This document shows, piece by piece, positions 24,567 to 36,495 of a stretch of 64,000 nucleotides of DNA; positions within the stretch are counted from its first letter, which is position 1, and each line of letters opens with the position of its first letter. Under the pieces are notes generated by a model, which made no database searches, was not told the DNA's origin, and saw only the letters and a program-made list of their open reading frames with translations. The stretch is from Mobula hypostoma (taxonomy: Eukaryota). The position numbers and the translations under genes are program-made. The DNA is taken from assembly GCF_963921235.1 (NCBI RefSeq), contig NC_086097.1, forward strand, positions 46,316,001 through 46,380,000, given 5' to 3'.

Positions 24567-25673
24567 AACTGAAGGAAGAGTGAGTAAGGGATTTGAAAGC
24601 TGGAGGGGGAGGGGGAGATGCAAAATGATAGGAGAAGACAGGAGGGGGAGGGATAGAGCCGAGAGCTGGACAGGTGATAGGCAGAAGGGGATACGAGAGG
24701 ATCATGGGACAGGAGGTCCGGGAAGAAAGACAGGGGGGGGGGGTGACCCAGAGGATGGGCAAGAGGTATATTCAGAGGGACAGAGGGAGAAAAAGGAGAG
24801 TGAGGGAAAGAATGTGTGCATAAAAATGAGTAACAGATGGGGTACGAGGGGGAGGTGGGGCCTTAGCGGAAGTTAGAGAAGTCGATGTTCATGCCATCAG
24901 GTTGGAGGCTACCCAGACGGAATATAAGGTGTTGTTCCTCCAACCTGAGTGTGGCTTCATCTTTACAGTAGAGGAGGCCGTGGATAGACATGTCAGAATG
25001 GGAATGGGATGTGGAATTAAAATGTGTGGCCACTGGGAGATCCTGCTTTCTCTGGCGGACAGAGCACAGATGTTCAGCAAAGCGGTCTCCCAGTCTGCGT
25101 CGGGTCTCACCAATATATAAAAGCCTTTTATATATTGGTGAGACCCGACGCAGACTGGGAGACCGCTTTGCTGAACATCTGTGCTCTGTCCGCCAGAGAA
25201 AGCAGGATCTCCCAGTGGCCACACATTTTAATTCCACATCCCATTCCCATTCTGACATGTCTATCCACGGCCTCCTCTACTGTAAAGATGAAGCCACACT
25301 CAGGTTGGAGGAACAACACCTTATATTCCGTCTGGGTAGCCTCCAACCTGATGGCATGAACATCGACTTCTCTAACTTCCGCTAAGGCCCCACCTCCCCC
25401 TCGTACCCCATCTGTTACTCATTTTTATGCACACATTCTTTCCCTCACTCTCCTTTTTCTCCCTCTGAATATACCTCTTGCCCATCCTCTGGGTCACCCC
25501 CCCCCCTTGTCTTTCTTCCCGGACCTCCTGTCCCATGATCCTCTCGTATCCCCTTCTGCCTATCACCTGTCCAGCTCTCGGCTCTATCCCTCCCCCTCCT
25601 GTCTTCTCCTATCATTTTGCATTTCCCCCTCCCCCTCCAGCTTTCAAATCCCTTACTCACTCTTCCTTCAGTT

Positions 25674-25709
25674 AGTCCTGACGAAGGGTCTCGGCCTGAA
25701 ACGTCGACT
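25674..25709 (+). ncRNA. Minimal hammerhead ribozyme (right arm of palindrome)
   Basis: agtc ctgacga agggtctcggcct gaaac gtc gact. Confidence 0.85.
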
Positions 25710-26427
25710 GCGCCTCTTCCTATAGATGCTGCTTGGCCTGCTGTGTTCACCAGCAACTTTGATGTATGTTGCTTGAATTTCCAGCATCTGCAGAATTCCT
25801 GTTGTTTGCTAGAAAATAAGACTTGTTTTCTGCCATTAAGCTACGATCTGGATAACAATAACTCACAGCAGACTTGAGTAAATAAAAGCTTTCAAGAGAG
25901 AATAGGACACATATCTAACAAGGGAATAAGCTGTACTGCAAAAGACTGGGGAAATGGCATTAATCAGATACCTCTTTCAAAGTGTCATGACCAAGCAGAA
26001 TAGACTGAGTAACTAGCTTTGGTGCTGTGAGTACTCCTTTTATGAAATATGCATGTTTAGATAACTAAATTATTTTCTGTCCATAAGTGCCTGTCTCAAG
26101 ACATTATTATAAGATGGGAAAGTAATAGATCAACAGGAGTGCTCTACTTCAATGAAGAAATAACGCCACTTCCTTTCATGTACAAATTCTCCTCACGTGG
26201 CAAAGGGACTATGGGAAAAAAAATCAACATGCATTTACAGGTTAAAATTAATAACATCATGTTCATGACCAACTATTTTTAACTCTGATTGAGTTCAAAA
26301 ACAATGTAAGAATTGATCAAAGCTGTTTCATGATCTTCAATTTGCAATCAGACACAATTAACAATATTTAATGATCAGGATGGGGAAAAAAGGAAGCAAA
26401 GGAGACAAAAAGGAAAAAAAAACTGTA

Positions 26428-27460
26428 GACATAGAACACAGAGTCAAAGAGTTATGCAGCAGGAAGACATGGCCTTTGGCCCAATTCACCCATGTCAACC
26501 AAGTTGTCTATCTGAGCTGGAAGCATTTGGTCTATATCCTTCTAAAACTTTCCGGTTCATGTATCTATCTAAATGTGTTTTAATTGTTGTAATTGAACCC
26601 ACCTCTTCAGCTTCCTCCAACAGCTCAATCCATATACCCACCATTCTCCATGAGAAAAAGATGCCCCTTCAGCCTCTTCTTAAATCTTTGTCCTATCCTT
26701 TCTCTAGTTTTAGACACCTCTACTCTCAGAAAAAGACTGTGACCATTTACCTTACCTATACATTTTATGATTTTATAAGGTTTCCCCTCAGCCACAAAAC
26801 TCCAGGGGAAAAAAGCCCCAGCCTATCCAGACTCCCCTTATAACTAAAGTCCTTCAGTCAAGCAACATCTTCATAAATCTTTTCTGTACCTTTTCCACCT
26901 TAAGAAATCTTTTTTTATAGCTGAGCAACCAAAACTGCACACAATTCTCCAAGTATGTCCTCACTAACGACATGTACAGTTGTAACATGACATTTCAACT
27001 CCTGTACTCAATGCGCTGACCAATGTACAGTAAACAAGTATGCCAATGCTTACTTCCCCACCCTGTAAAGACTGCATCACCGCTATTGGTCAAATTGGTA
27101 CATATATTTCTAAGCCTCTATGTTCTAGGGCACTCTCTGAGGCCTTACCATATACATGAAAGTCCTGCCCTAATGTCACACGAAATCTTCCTAAACAATC
27201 AAATTATTGTAATGAAGAGTAGACTTTGCACTAATCATCAACACATCATTGAACACAGGCCTCCAATATGGAAAACAAACCTCCATTACCACCCTTTTAT
27301 TCCTTCCAGCAAGCCAATTTTGTATCCAGTTGGCTAGCTCACCATGGATTTCATGTGATCCGATCTTCCAGTTTAGTCTGTGTGGTACCTTGTCAAGTTC
27401 CTTGCTGAAGTCCACATAGACATCCACTGCCCTACTCTCATCAATCCTGCTGGTTACCTC
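26428..27460 (-). mobile_element. Decayed CR1 ORF2/3' fragments
   Basis: AVDVYVDFSK.LDKVPH, WIQNWL motifs; CR1 tail near 26430. Confidence 0.8.
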
Positions 27461-27809
27461 TTCCTTAGCTTTGCACAAAGCCCGAGAATATACATGGCTT
27501 GGCACCAGGCATTTATCCATATTAAAATACCCCGAGAGCGTTGGCACTTTGTCTTTAGAATGTGGATGTGCTCCAATTTTAAATAAAAACAAAATTACAG
27601 AAATACATTAGAGCCTCATACCTGAAATAAAAGATTAATTAATGTTGCAGATAGATATCTTAATCAGAATTACAGTGATAAGCTGTACTTATGTACCAGA
27701 TACTGACAAACAGATAGCCAAACAGAGATGATTGTTTACCTTCCTTTCTTATTTTTAGATGGGTGAAATAAACACTACCTATACCCAAAGATCCAGAACC
27801 TGCATCAAA

Positions 27810-28145
27810 TCAATGTTGGTTCTCAGAACAATCCCATCAATCCCACTATTCCCTTTCTTTCCCCACTACCTATTTTCTAACAAGTGCTTATGAAGACACA
27901 CCTAATTTACTGTAACCAATTAACCAACCAACACATCTTTGGGATGTGGGAGGAAACAGGTGCACCCAATATAACTATTGCATTTCCGGTTTTTTTTTTT
28001 GGTCCTGCAAATCTGAACTTATTTAATAGCGTTAAACTGCGGTGTCAAAATTTTCACACCAGAGGGAAAACACGTAAACTCCACAAAGACAGTATCACAT
28101 TAAGATCAACAACCCCAAGTCACTGAGGTGAAGTAGCAGCATTAC
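27810..28145 (-). mobile_element. Decayed V-SINE-like tRNA-derived SINE
   Basis: Antisense V-domain-like GTTTCCTCCCACATCCCAAAGATGTG. Confidence 0.6.
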
Positions 28146-28217
28146 TTGATGCACATCTTGTTGCACATCTTGTTGCATATAAACAAGAGGCATGCAAGAG
28201 AAAATCTCTCCTTATTT

Positions 28218-29325
28218 CAAGTTCAACTTTATTGTCATTCAACCAGACATAAATACAGTTAAATGAGTTATCATTTCTCTGCGGACAAAGTGCAAAACGC
28301 AGTACATATAGTCATACAGCACACGTACTTACAATCCAGTCATAAAAGTACGTTAACACAAGTCCCTGAGTGGTAGGGCCTGAAGATTGACAGGTTGACA
28401 TAAAGTGTGAGGTGTATGTTTATGTAAGACAGTATAATGCTACTGTCACTACTATAATAAGTTAAACAGTTGTATAAATGTGTGAAACAGCAGCAATAAA
28501 AGACGAAAAGTAACCAATGCAGGATGAGTGTGTCCGTGAGCTGGGGAGTCGGGGGGGGGGGAGGCATTTAGAGAGGGTGTATATGTGTTATGGTGGCAGT
28601 AGGGTGTTAAAAAGTCCAGCAGCCTGGGGGAAAATGGAGGTGCTGCTGTGCCCTCTTGGCTAAAGAGGTGATGTTGTGAGATCGTCAGTAATGTGCACGC
28701 CAAGAAACTTGGTGCTCCTGATTCTCTCCACTAACGAGCCATTGATGTGCAGTAGGGGGTGGTTAGCCTGCACCTTCCTGAAGCGCACAATCATCTCTTT
28801 AGTCTTGTCCTTGTTGAGACTCAGATTGTTGTGTTTTTTTTTTAATCGTTCCACAGGCTCCTCTCCCCTCTCCCTGTATGCTGTTTCATCCTTGTCACCG
28901 ATGAGGCCAGCCGCTGTTGTGTCATCAGCAAACTTAATGATCTGGTTAGAACTGGATTTGACCGTACATTGGTGTGTTAGCAGTGTGAACAACAGCTGGC
29001 TGACCGCAAAGCCCTTGGGGGGGGGGGGGGTTAACCAGTGCTTAGTGTGATGGAGTCAGAGATGTTGCTGCCAATACAGACTTTGTCAGGAAGTCCAAGA
29101 TCCAGCTAAAGAGAGACGTTGAAACCCAACATGGACAGTTTGCCACCAGCTTTTGTGGACTAGTTGTATTGAATGCAGAACTGGTCAAAGAACAGCATTC
29201 TGACATAAGAGACATCATTGTCCAGGTGGGACAGGGCTATATAAAGGGCAGGGGCTATGGCATCATTGGAGGACCAATTTGGGCAATACGCAAACTGGTA
29301 GGGGTCAAACGTGATGGGAAGGCTG
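28218..29325 (-). mobile_element. Rex1/Babar LINE fragment (RT + 3' UTR)
   Basis: IIKFADDTT..GLI, NNLSLN.DKTKEMIV, KFLGVHITDDL. Confidence 0.85.
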
Positions 29326-29329
29326 GAAC

Positions 29330-30820
29330 TAATAAAGGTTCATTTATTATCAAAGTATACAGCTCTGAAACTCTTCTTCTCCAGATAGCCATAAAACTAA
29401 GGAAGAACAGAAGCACCATCATCAACCCAGAAATCCCCCCACAAAAAATGAACAAAAATGGAACAGGCACATCAACCCCAAATTCCCCACACCCACACAA
29501 AAAATGATAAAGATAGGGTGAAAGTCAAAATATAAAGAACTATAAGAATGAAAAAGAAAAGTCCATAGTCCAAGTCTATACCCAAAATGCAGAAAACCAG
29601 GGTAACAGTCCCTGGGCAACACGACAGGCTCTTCCCTCTCTGGCAGCAGAGCAATCCTGAGGGTAACCATTGACAGGAAACTGAACTGATCTGGCCGTAT
29701 AAACACCGTAGCTACCAGAGGAGGTCAAAGGCTAGGAATCCTGTGGCATATAACTCACCTACTGACTCTCCAAAGCCTATCCACCACCTACAAGGTTCAG
29801 GTCGGGAGTGTAATGGAATTCTTGCCAATCATCTGGATGATTGCAACTCCATCAACACTCAAGAAGCTTGACACCATCTGCCCACTTGATTGGTACCCCT
29901 TCTAGAAGCATCCAATCCCTCCACCATCGACGAATAGTTGCAGCAGTGTGTACCATCTATAAGATGCACTGCAACAATGCACCAAAGTTCCTAAGGCAGC
30001 ATCTTCCAAACCCACAACCACTACCATCTAGAAGGACGAAAACAGCAGATACCTGGGACCACCACCACTTGGATATCCCCCTCCAAGTCACTCACCATCC
30101 TGACTTGGAAACACATCGCCACTCCTTCATTGTTGCTGGGTCAAAATAATGGAATTCCCTCTCTAACAGCACTGTGGGTATACCTACACCTCAGGGACTG
30201 CAGCGGTTCAAGGCAGCAGCTCATCACCACCTTCTCAAGGGCAACTAGAGATGGGCAATAAATGCTGGCTTAGCTGGTGATGCCCACATCCCATAAATAA
30301 TTTTTTCTAAAAATCCAACCAACGATCAAAAGGTAGTCTCCCCTCTCTGGTAGCAAAGCAATACCACCAGTGATCAAAAGGCAGTCTCCTCTCTCTAGTA
30401 GTAGATCACTCCCACCAGCGATCAAATGGCAGTCACCCCTCTCCATCAGCAGTGATCCCACCAACAATCAAAAGGCAGGCAGGCAGCGCTCACCTTCCAT
30501 ATTCACCCTGATCTTTCAATCTCCCTCATTGCTTTAATCGGCGAACAATGGAAGCTTTATCAGTGAAATGGAGTTTAACATCGGCTTGTGCCACATTCTG
30601 TACCCATCATGCCACAAGGTTCGCACATGCCGCCTCTGTCTCCCAGAATCCTCTCGAGAGTACAGAGCACTGAAACACTCGAATGATCTCAAAACTGCAA
30701 ATCACAGGCTCCAATAGTTCCGGAGTCACATTCATGACAAAAAACAAACATAAAAGATGAGAAATATATGGCTTCATGGTCTATCCAGAAGACTGTATGT
30801 AAACTGTGGGAGCATTGTAA
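29330..30820 (-). repeat. Non-coding interspersed repeat (related to 60535-61420), interrupted by a LINE fragment; contains a ~48-bp tandem array at 30318-30480
   Basis: Both copies share the ttcatttat...tacagctctga end and AC-rich body; repeated ACCAnCGATCAAAAGGCAGTCTCCnCTCTC units. Confidence 0.6.
29690..30300 (+). mobile_element. CR1/L2-group LINE 3' end
   Basis: IQSLHHRRIVAAVCTIYKMHC; 3' GGCAACTAGAGATGGGCAATAAATGCTGGC. Confidence 0.8.
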
Positions 30821-30834
30821 GCAGGCACTATCTT

Positions 30835-31140
30835 TACAGGAAGCTGCTCAAAATACAGCTTCTGACCAGGCTTCCTAAGTATTTTATCAATACTGAGGTC
30901 AGTTCCATGGGACAGTAGCCATTAAGGCAGGATACAGTTGGCTTCCTGGGCACTAGAATGATATTGGTGACCTTGAAGACTGTGGGGACAGTGATCTGAT
31001 TCAGAGATGCTGAAGACATTAGTGAGAGCATACGTTAGCTGAGCTGCACAGTCTCTGAGCGCTTGGCCAGTATGCTGCCAGACCTTGCAACTTTGTGTGG
31101 GTTGACCCTGAGTAGGGTCTTCCTCAAATCAGCTGTGGCT
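30835..31140 (-). mobile_element. Decayed Rex1/Babar RT fragment
   Basis: VPTVFK..II.VP.KP.VSCLN.Y.P..LTS. Confidence 0.7.
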
Positions 31141-31600
31141 TTCACTTGAATTCTCTCAGAGTTTAAGCAATTCATAAAGGGAGAAGAAGGAAGATGAAGA
31201 AATATCAGCTTGAGGGTGGTAGAGTTCTGAACCTCATCATCCACAGGGCTGACAGCGACAAGAAATCCAACCACACTTAAAGATTATTTGTATTTACAGC
31301 TGTGAACTGAAGGACATTGGTCCAGAATCAGGAAGGGTAAATTAGATGAGGTAGCACAAACAAAATGCAGTGAATGGCATCTTTCTGCATTGTATTTTGA
31401 GTGATTCTGAAGTCATATTAGAAGCTCAATATTTAAATTCTTATGCATGCAGCCCCCACAGTTTACATCTCATCAGTGCTGAGTCTAGATTTTCTCTTCA
31501 AAGAAAGCCAGTAATTTTCAGTTAATAGCAAATAAATGAAGTGGAAAAAAGACCGTCTTTATATTTACTATAGTTGAACATAACACCACTTCTACATTAC

Positions 31601-31651
31601 CTGCTGAAGCCTCTGGAACAATAAATGAACAAGCAAAAAAGGTGGATCCAC
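31601..31651 (-). other. Weak candidate exon, 51 nt (VDPPFLLVHLLFQRLQQ)
   Basis: ctaac...gttgtgtag acceptor, CAG|gtaatg donor, phase 0-0 open frame. Confidence 0.2.
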
Positions 31652-32149
31652 CTACACAACCTAGTACATGGTTAGTCCTGGAGGGATTTAAAAATCAGGC
31701 AGTAGCATCATACTAGACAGCCAAAGTCACTGTCATACTTTTAGTGCTACTGATAAAAACCACATTTTTAAATCACTTTTAAAACCACTTAGAAGTAATA
31801 ATGCTCTCTTGGATAATATAATTTAGCAATTTAAAAAAAATCACCACAGTATACACTGCAAAGTAGTCTAATTTACAGGACAAATAAAGCAATTCAAATT
31901 GTGATTGAACAAATTTCCAACTGCAATACAATTAACTTGAGTTGGTGGTAAAAGCCTATATTATGCATAAAAAGTGCTTTAAATCACATTGATGTTTCAT
32001 GACCTCCTTTTATGGGTTTGCAAGGTCATTAAAGATCACGAGAAACTCCTGTTGCAGGATAATACAAGTTTGTAGTCGGTTTGTGATATAAAAAAATCAC
32101 TTTAAGCACACAATCACAAATCAAAAATTCTTCACAATACAAGTAAATG

Positions 32150-33300
32150 CTATACCGTACCCTTTTCTCAGTTCCTCCATCTCTGCTATATCTATTCTCA
32201 GAATGTGGCTATCCACTCTTGAACAGCTGAGATGACCTTTTTTTAAAAAAAAACAGGGTTTCCCTTCCATCACCATTCATACTGCCCTCACCTGTATCTC
32301 CTCTGTTACCTACAATACATCTGCCTCATTAACATTCCCTCAATATCATAACCTCCATAATTATTCTCCATAATTTCTGCCATCACGAATGGGATCCTAC
32401 CACTAAGCACATCTTTTCCGCCACCACCCCGCCCCACAACATCTATCTGCTTTCTATAGGAAATCGCACAATACATGACTCCATTGTCTGCCTGAACCTC
32501 CGCACTATTCTCTTTTCTGGCACTTATCCTTGCAAATATGACAAGTACTACACCTGCCTGAGGTCTCCTTGTTCACCACCATTCGGGGTCCAAAACAGTC
32601 CTTCCAGGTGAGGCAACACTTCATCTGAGAGTTTACTGGAATCATTCATTGCATCCAGAGCTCCTGGTGCCACCTCCTGTATATCAGTGAGATGCAGTGC
32701 AAATTAGGGGACCACTTTATTGAGCTGTCTGCCACAAGAGGCAGGATTTCCCAATGGCTATCCATTTCAATTTGACTTCTCATTCCCATTCTGCCATGTC
32801 TGTTCATGGCATCTTGTACTGCCATGATGAGGCCAAAAGCAGGTTGGAAGAGTAACGGCTGATATTCTATCTGGCTTGCCTCCAATCTAATAACATGAAC
32901 ATTGATTTCTCTAACTTCTGGAATTTTCCCCCCACCCTATTTCTCCTCATTTGCCCAACACCTCCTTCTGCTTTCCCTCTTTTTTCCCCTTTCTTCCACG
33001 GTCCACCATCCTCTTCTTCAGCTCTTTACCACATATCCCCTACAGCTTCTTACTTCACCCCATCTCAGCCACCTTCTCCTTCACCTGGTTTCACCTATCA
33101 CCTGCCAGCGTGTACTCCTTCCCTTCCTCCCACCTTGTTATTCTGGCTTCTGCCCACTTCCTTTTCAATCCTGAAAAGTCCCAGCCTAAAACATCGACAG
33201 TTTAATCCCCTCCATAATTGCTGCCTGACTTGCTAAACTGCTAAAGGACTTTGTGCATGTTGCTCATGATTTCCAGTATCTGTAAGATCTCTTATGTTAA
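32150..33300 (+). mobile_element. Old Neptune-type PLE fragment
   Basis: Degenerate PFSQFL, GTYPCK..., GIY-YIG remnants, MNIDFSNF stop region and tail. Confidence 0.85.
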
Positions 33301-33793
33301 TACTGTAGTTCGCTAGCTTGATAGTTGTCACAATCAGTTTAAATCCTCTAACTTTAATTCATTTCATAATTAATGATACCTTATTGTGAGGAAGAGGAGA
33401 AACAAAAATTTTACTGCACTCTTATGCAGAGATCAACTTGCCAATTAATGTCTGCTGAACAACAGAAGGCTGACTTTGAATTAGCTAAGTGGGAATTCTT
33501 ATTAACAAGTTTTCAAAATGAGATGAATAAAAAGGAGACTATTGGTGCAGCAAAATTTCATTTGGAAAATTGCCATTTCATTTTGTAAGCTGATTAACCA
33601 TCAGAAGTCAACTGTTTGGCACTCAAAAAGACAAGAAAATAAGTGTCACATATTAGAAATAACTGGGAAGGAAGATTACAGACTAAAGTTTGACGTTAAA
33701 TTTTATTACTCAATGTTATTACTATTTAGAAACAGCACACAAGTTATACACTGAAGTAAGAAGAACTAATTTCTGCAAATCACAAATAGCGTA

Positions 33794-34003
33794 CAGTGGA
33801 TTCCGATTCATTGGGCCATCAGTTAATCGTGGCAGCCGATTAACGTTATTTAAATACATAATTTGTTATTCAGTTAATGGTAATTTGTTTTTTCACATAT
33901 ACCATTTTAACTATTTCCATGAATCTTCGGCTAATTGGGGCAGCTGCTTAATTGGGCCAAAATGTATGGGTCCCATTGTTTCCCAATTAACAGGAAACCA
34001 TTG
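33794..34003. mobile_element. Tc1/mariner-type MITE
   Basis: TA-flanked, TIRs related to 16102-16885. Confidence 0.7.
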
Positions 34004-34316
34004 TATTACCAAATAATTCCCGATTCTGTAGAGACTGCTAGTGATATAATCAGGCTACTATCTGCAACTATTCTGATTCTGTGGTATACTGGGTGCTTAG
34101 TTATGCACCGAGTCACGCAGAGAAAACATTATCTAGAATTTTAATCCCTACATTATTACCAATGTCAAGACTAGGAATTTCTTTTCAAATAAAGATTTCA
34201 GTTTCATCCTTGTCACATGCAAAAATACCCATATATTACTTAGTTCCTTACACAGGCATTGATTTCATTGATTCATATCTGGTTGATTAAATACTAAAAA
34301 TTATTTCTGTTGTTGT

Positions 34317-35198
34317 GACTGTCCATACTACGCTGGATAATTTTGAAAACAAAGCTTTTTCTCTTCGTTTTGACCCTCCATCCACATTGAAACGGCGCTT
34401 TCATCCCCCGAAAATGGAGCTTTTCTAAAACACTCTCCAGAGTGTGTAAATTTGAAAATGACTGTTGCGCGTTGTAGTGTAGATGTGGTAAACGGAGAGA
34501 TTTAAAAACGCTGTCATGACAACACCACAACAATGCTTTTTCTGCTTCTGCTTGGTGCTGCCGGATGGCTGTTATAACGCGCAGTCGGTGTGAACGGCGT
34601 GAGAGTTAAATTGTAAAGTGAGCTTTTTTGACTAGATCCACTAAATTGATTTGATTGAGTCCATCTTTAAAAATATTAATGTCGGAACTACTGCTCAGGT
34701 CTGGCAGCAGAAGATTCCACTCTCTTGTTGATCCTAGGTAGAGGACGGCTTCATGCATGTGTTGTTTACTTTATTGTCTACGTTAATAGCTTGTTTGGAG
34801 TTAAACATCTCCACGTTCTCCACTGCTATGACTACAAAGTCAGCAATTGTAACTCGCAGAAACAGCTCAACTTCATTGTCTGTCTAAACAAAGAAGTCCG
34901 GTCTGCTTTGTATTCCTCGAAGACATTGTTGAAAACTTTCTTTCGCTGTTGTTGTTGGTACTCTAGTTTTTGACCAATGGAAATAGCACAACGCCGCCAC
35001 AGAAACATAAATATTATACCGTTTCCTCTTTGCTTGTTTTCTGTAGATGTGTCTGTGCATGCCCAGTAGGAGTAGATTTGCCCAAATATCCGTTCTAATG
35101 TGGACAGAAGTATTTTGAAAAACGCCTACTGTGGACACCTGTCGTTTTTACTCAAAGCCGGCGTTTTCAAAATTATCTGGTCTAGTGTGGGCGTAGAC
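34317..35198. mobile_element. Non-autonomous PIF/Harbinger-like element, copy 1
   Basis: Degenerate GGCTACGTCCACACTAC..GGATAATTTTGAAAAC TIRs; termini homologous to copy 2. Confidence 0.75.
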
Positions 35199-35300
35199 TA
35201 AAACTGAGCCACATAAAAGCTGTAACGAGGAATATAAAAAACTTTACTCACGTTGCAAACCTCCAAGAGAGATAGTCCAGGCAGATCCAAGAGAATCTGA

Positions 35301-36495
35301 GGCTACGTCCACACTACGCCGGGATAATTTTGAAAACGAAGCTTTTTCTCTTCGTTTTGACCCTCTGTCCACACTAAAACGGCGTTTTCATCCCCCGAAA
35401 ATGAAGACTTTCAGAAACAGTCTCCAGAGTGAATAAATCTGAAGACGCCTAATATCCGTTGCAGTGTATACAGGGTAACCGGAGCTTTTTAAAACCGCTG
35501 TCGTGACGTGCCGGAACAGATGGCAGCAGCGCGGCATTTCATTGTTTTCTTATTATTATTATTACTACTTTATTGTCGCCAAACAATTGATACTAGAGCG
35601 TACAATCATCACAGCGATATTTGATTCTGTGCTTCGCAGAACCTAACAATTTTAGAACAGACGGCAACGAGACTGAAGCCAGAAGGGTTAGAAATGTACT
35701 CACCAAATACTTTGACCCATAGCTTACTGAATAAGTAAGTACACTCACTTTGCCCTGTTTTCTGTCCTTGCTTGTATGAAGGTGGTTTACCTATTTATCC
35801 AAGTACTTCTCTGACAATAGATGTGTAACAGCCTAATGTAACATTGTATGGAAATACAAGATAACACTGATGCAGACATGTTTTATACATTTAACAAGGT
35901 GCTTTATTAATGCAACAGAGTTAGACAGTTTTTCAATGTTCGTCGTCAGCCAGGTTATACTGTCCGTGAACTCCCAGTCAGTTGCCTCCAAACACTCCAG
36001 TATTTGTTATTAGTTTTAAGTCCACCTGCGCGAGAGCCAAGAGCAATTCCTTTTAAGTTTTTCTACTCTGTAACTGGACAAACGTGCAAAAGTATACCGT
36101 TTCCTCTTCACTTGTTTTCTGTGTGTCCTGTGCGTGCCCAGTAGAGGAGATTTGCCCAAATATCCGTGTTAGTGTGGACAGAGATATTTTGAGAAACACT
36201 TAGTGTGTACGCCTACACAAGGAATTCTGCAGATGCTGGAAATTCAAGCAACACACATTAAAGTTGCTGGTGAACGCAGCAGGCCAGGCAGCACCCCTAG
36301 GAAGAGGTACAGTCGACGTTTCGGGCCAAGATCCTTCGTCGGGTCTCAGCCCAAAATGTCGACTGTACCTCTTCCTAGAGATGCTGCCTGGCCTGCTGCG
36401 TTCACCAGCAATTTTGATGTGTGTAGTGTGTATGCCTGTCGTTTTTACTCGAAACCAGTGTTTTCAAAATTATCTGGCGTAGTGTGGACGTAGCC
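35301..36495. mobile_element. Non-autonomous PIF/Harbinger-like element, copy 2, carrying a LINE-tail insert (~35550-35636) and a fold-back PLE
   Basis: Perfect TIR GGCTACGTCCACACTACGCC / GGCGTAGTGTGGACGTAGCC flanked by TGA and TCA. Confidence 0.8.
36215..36423. mobile_element. Short fold-back PLE insertion, turning inside the hammerhead
   Basis: Inverted arms meet at 36340/36341; TSD tagtgtgta(c/t)gcct at 36201-36214 and 36424-36437; paralogous empty site at ~35125-35145. Confidence 0.9.

Larger units (their letters stand above)
24469..25808. mobile_element. Palindromic PLE insertion: two ~650-bp 3' ends joined in inverted orientation
   Basis: Inverted arms around 25124 (aaaag-c-ctttt); 12-bp TSD ctagaaaataag at 24457-24468 and 25809-25820. 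Confidence 0.95.

Noticed and set aside
24863..25385. Nearly identical 131-aa ORFs on both strands, resembling a bidirectional gene
   Set aside because: A consequence of the palindrome: half antisense and half GIY-YIG C-terminus.
30318..30480. CRISPR-like array
   Set aside because: Eukaryotic context, degenerate tandem units without unique spacers, and no cas genes.
35252..35296. 45-nt open exon candidate (ILLDLPGLSLLEVCN) with a gtgagt donor
   Set aside because: The acceptor lacks a polypyrimidine tract and abuts the transposon TIR; peptide not recognised.
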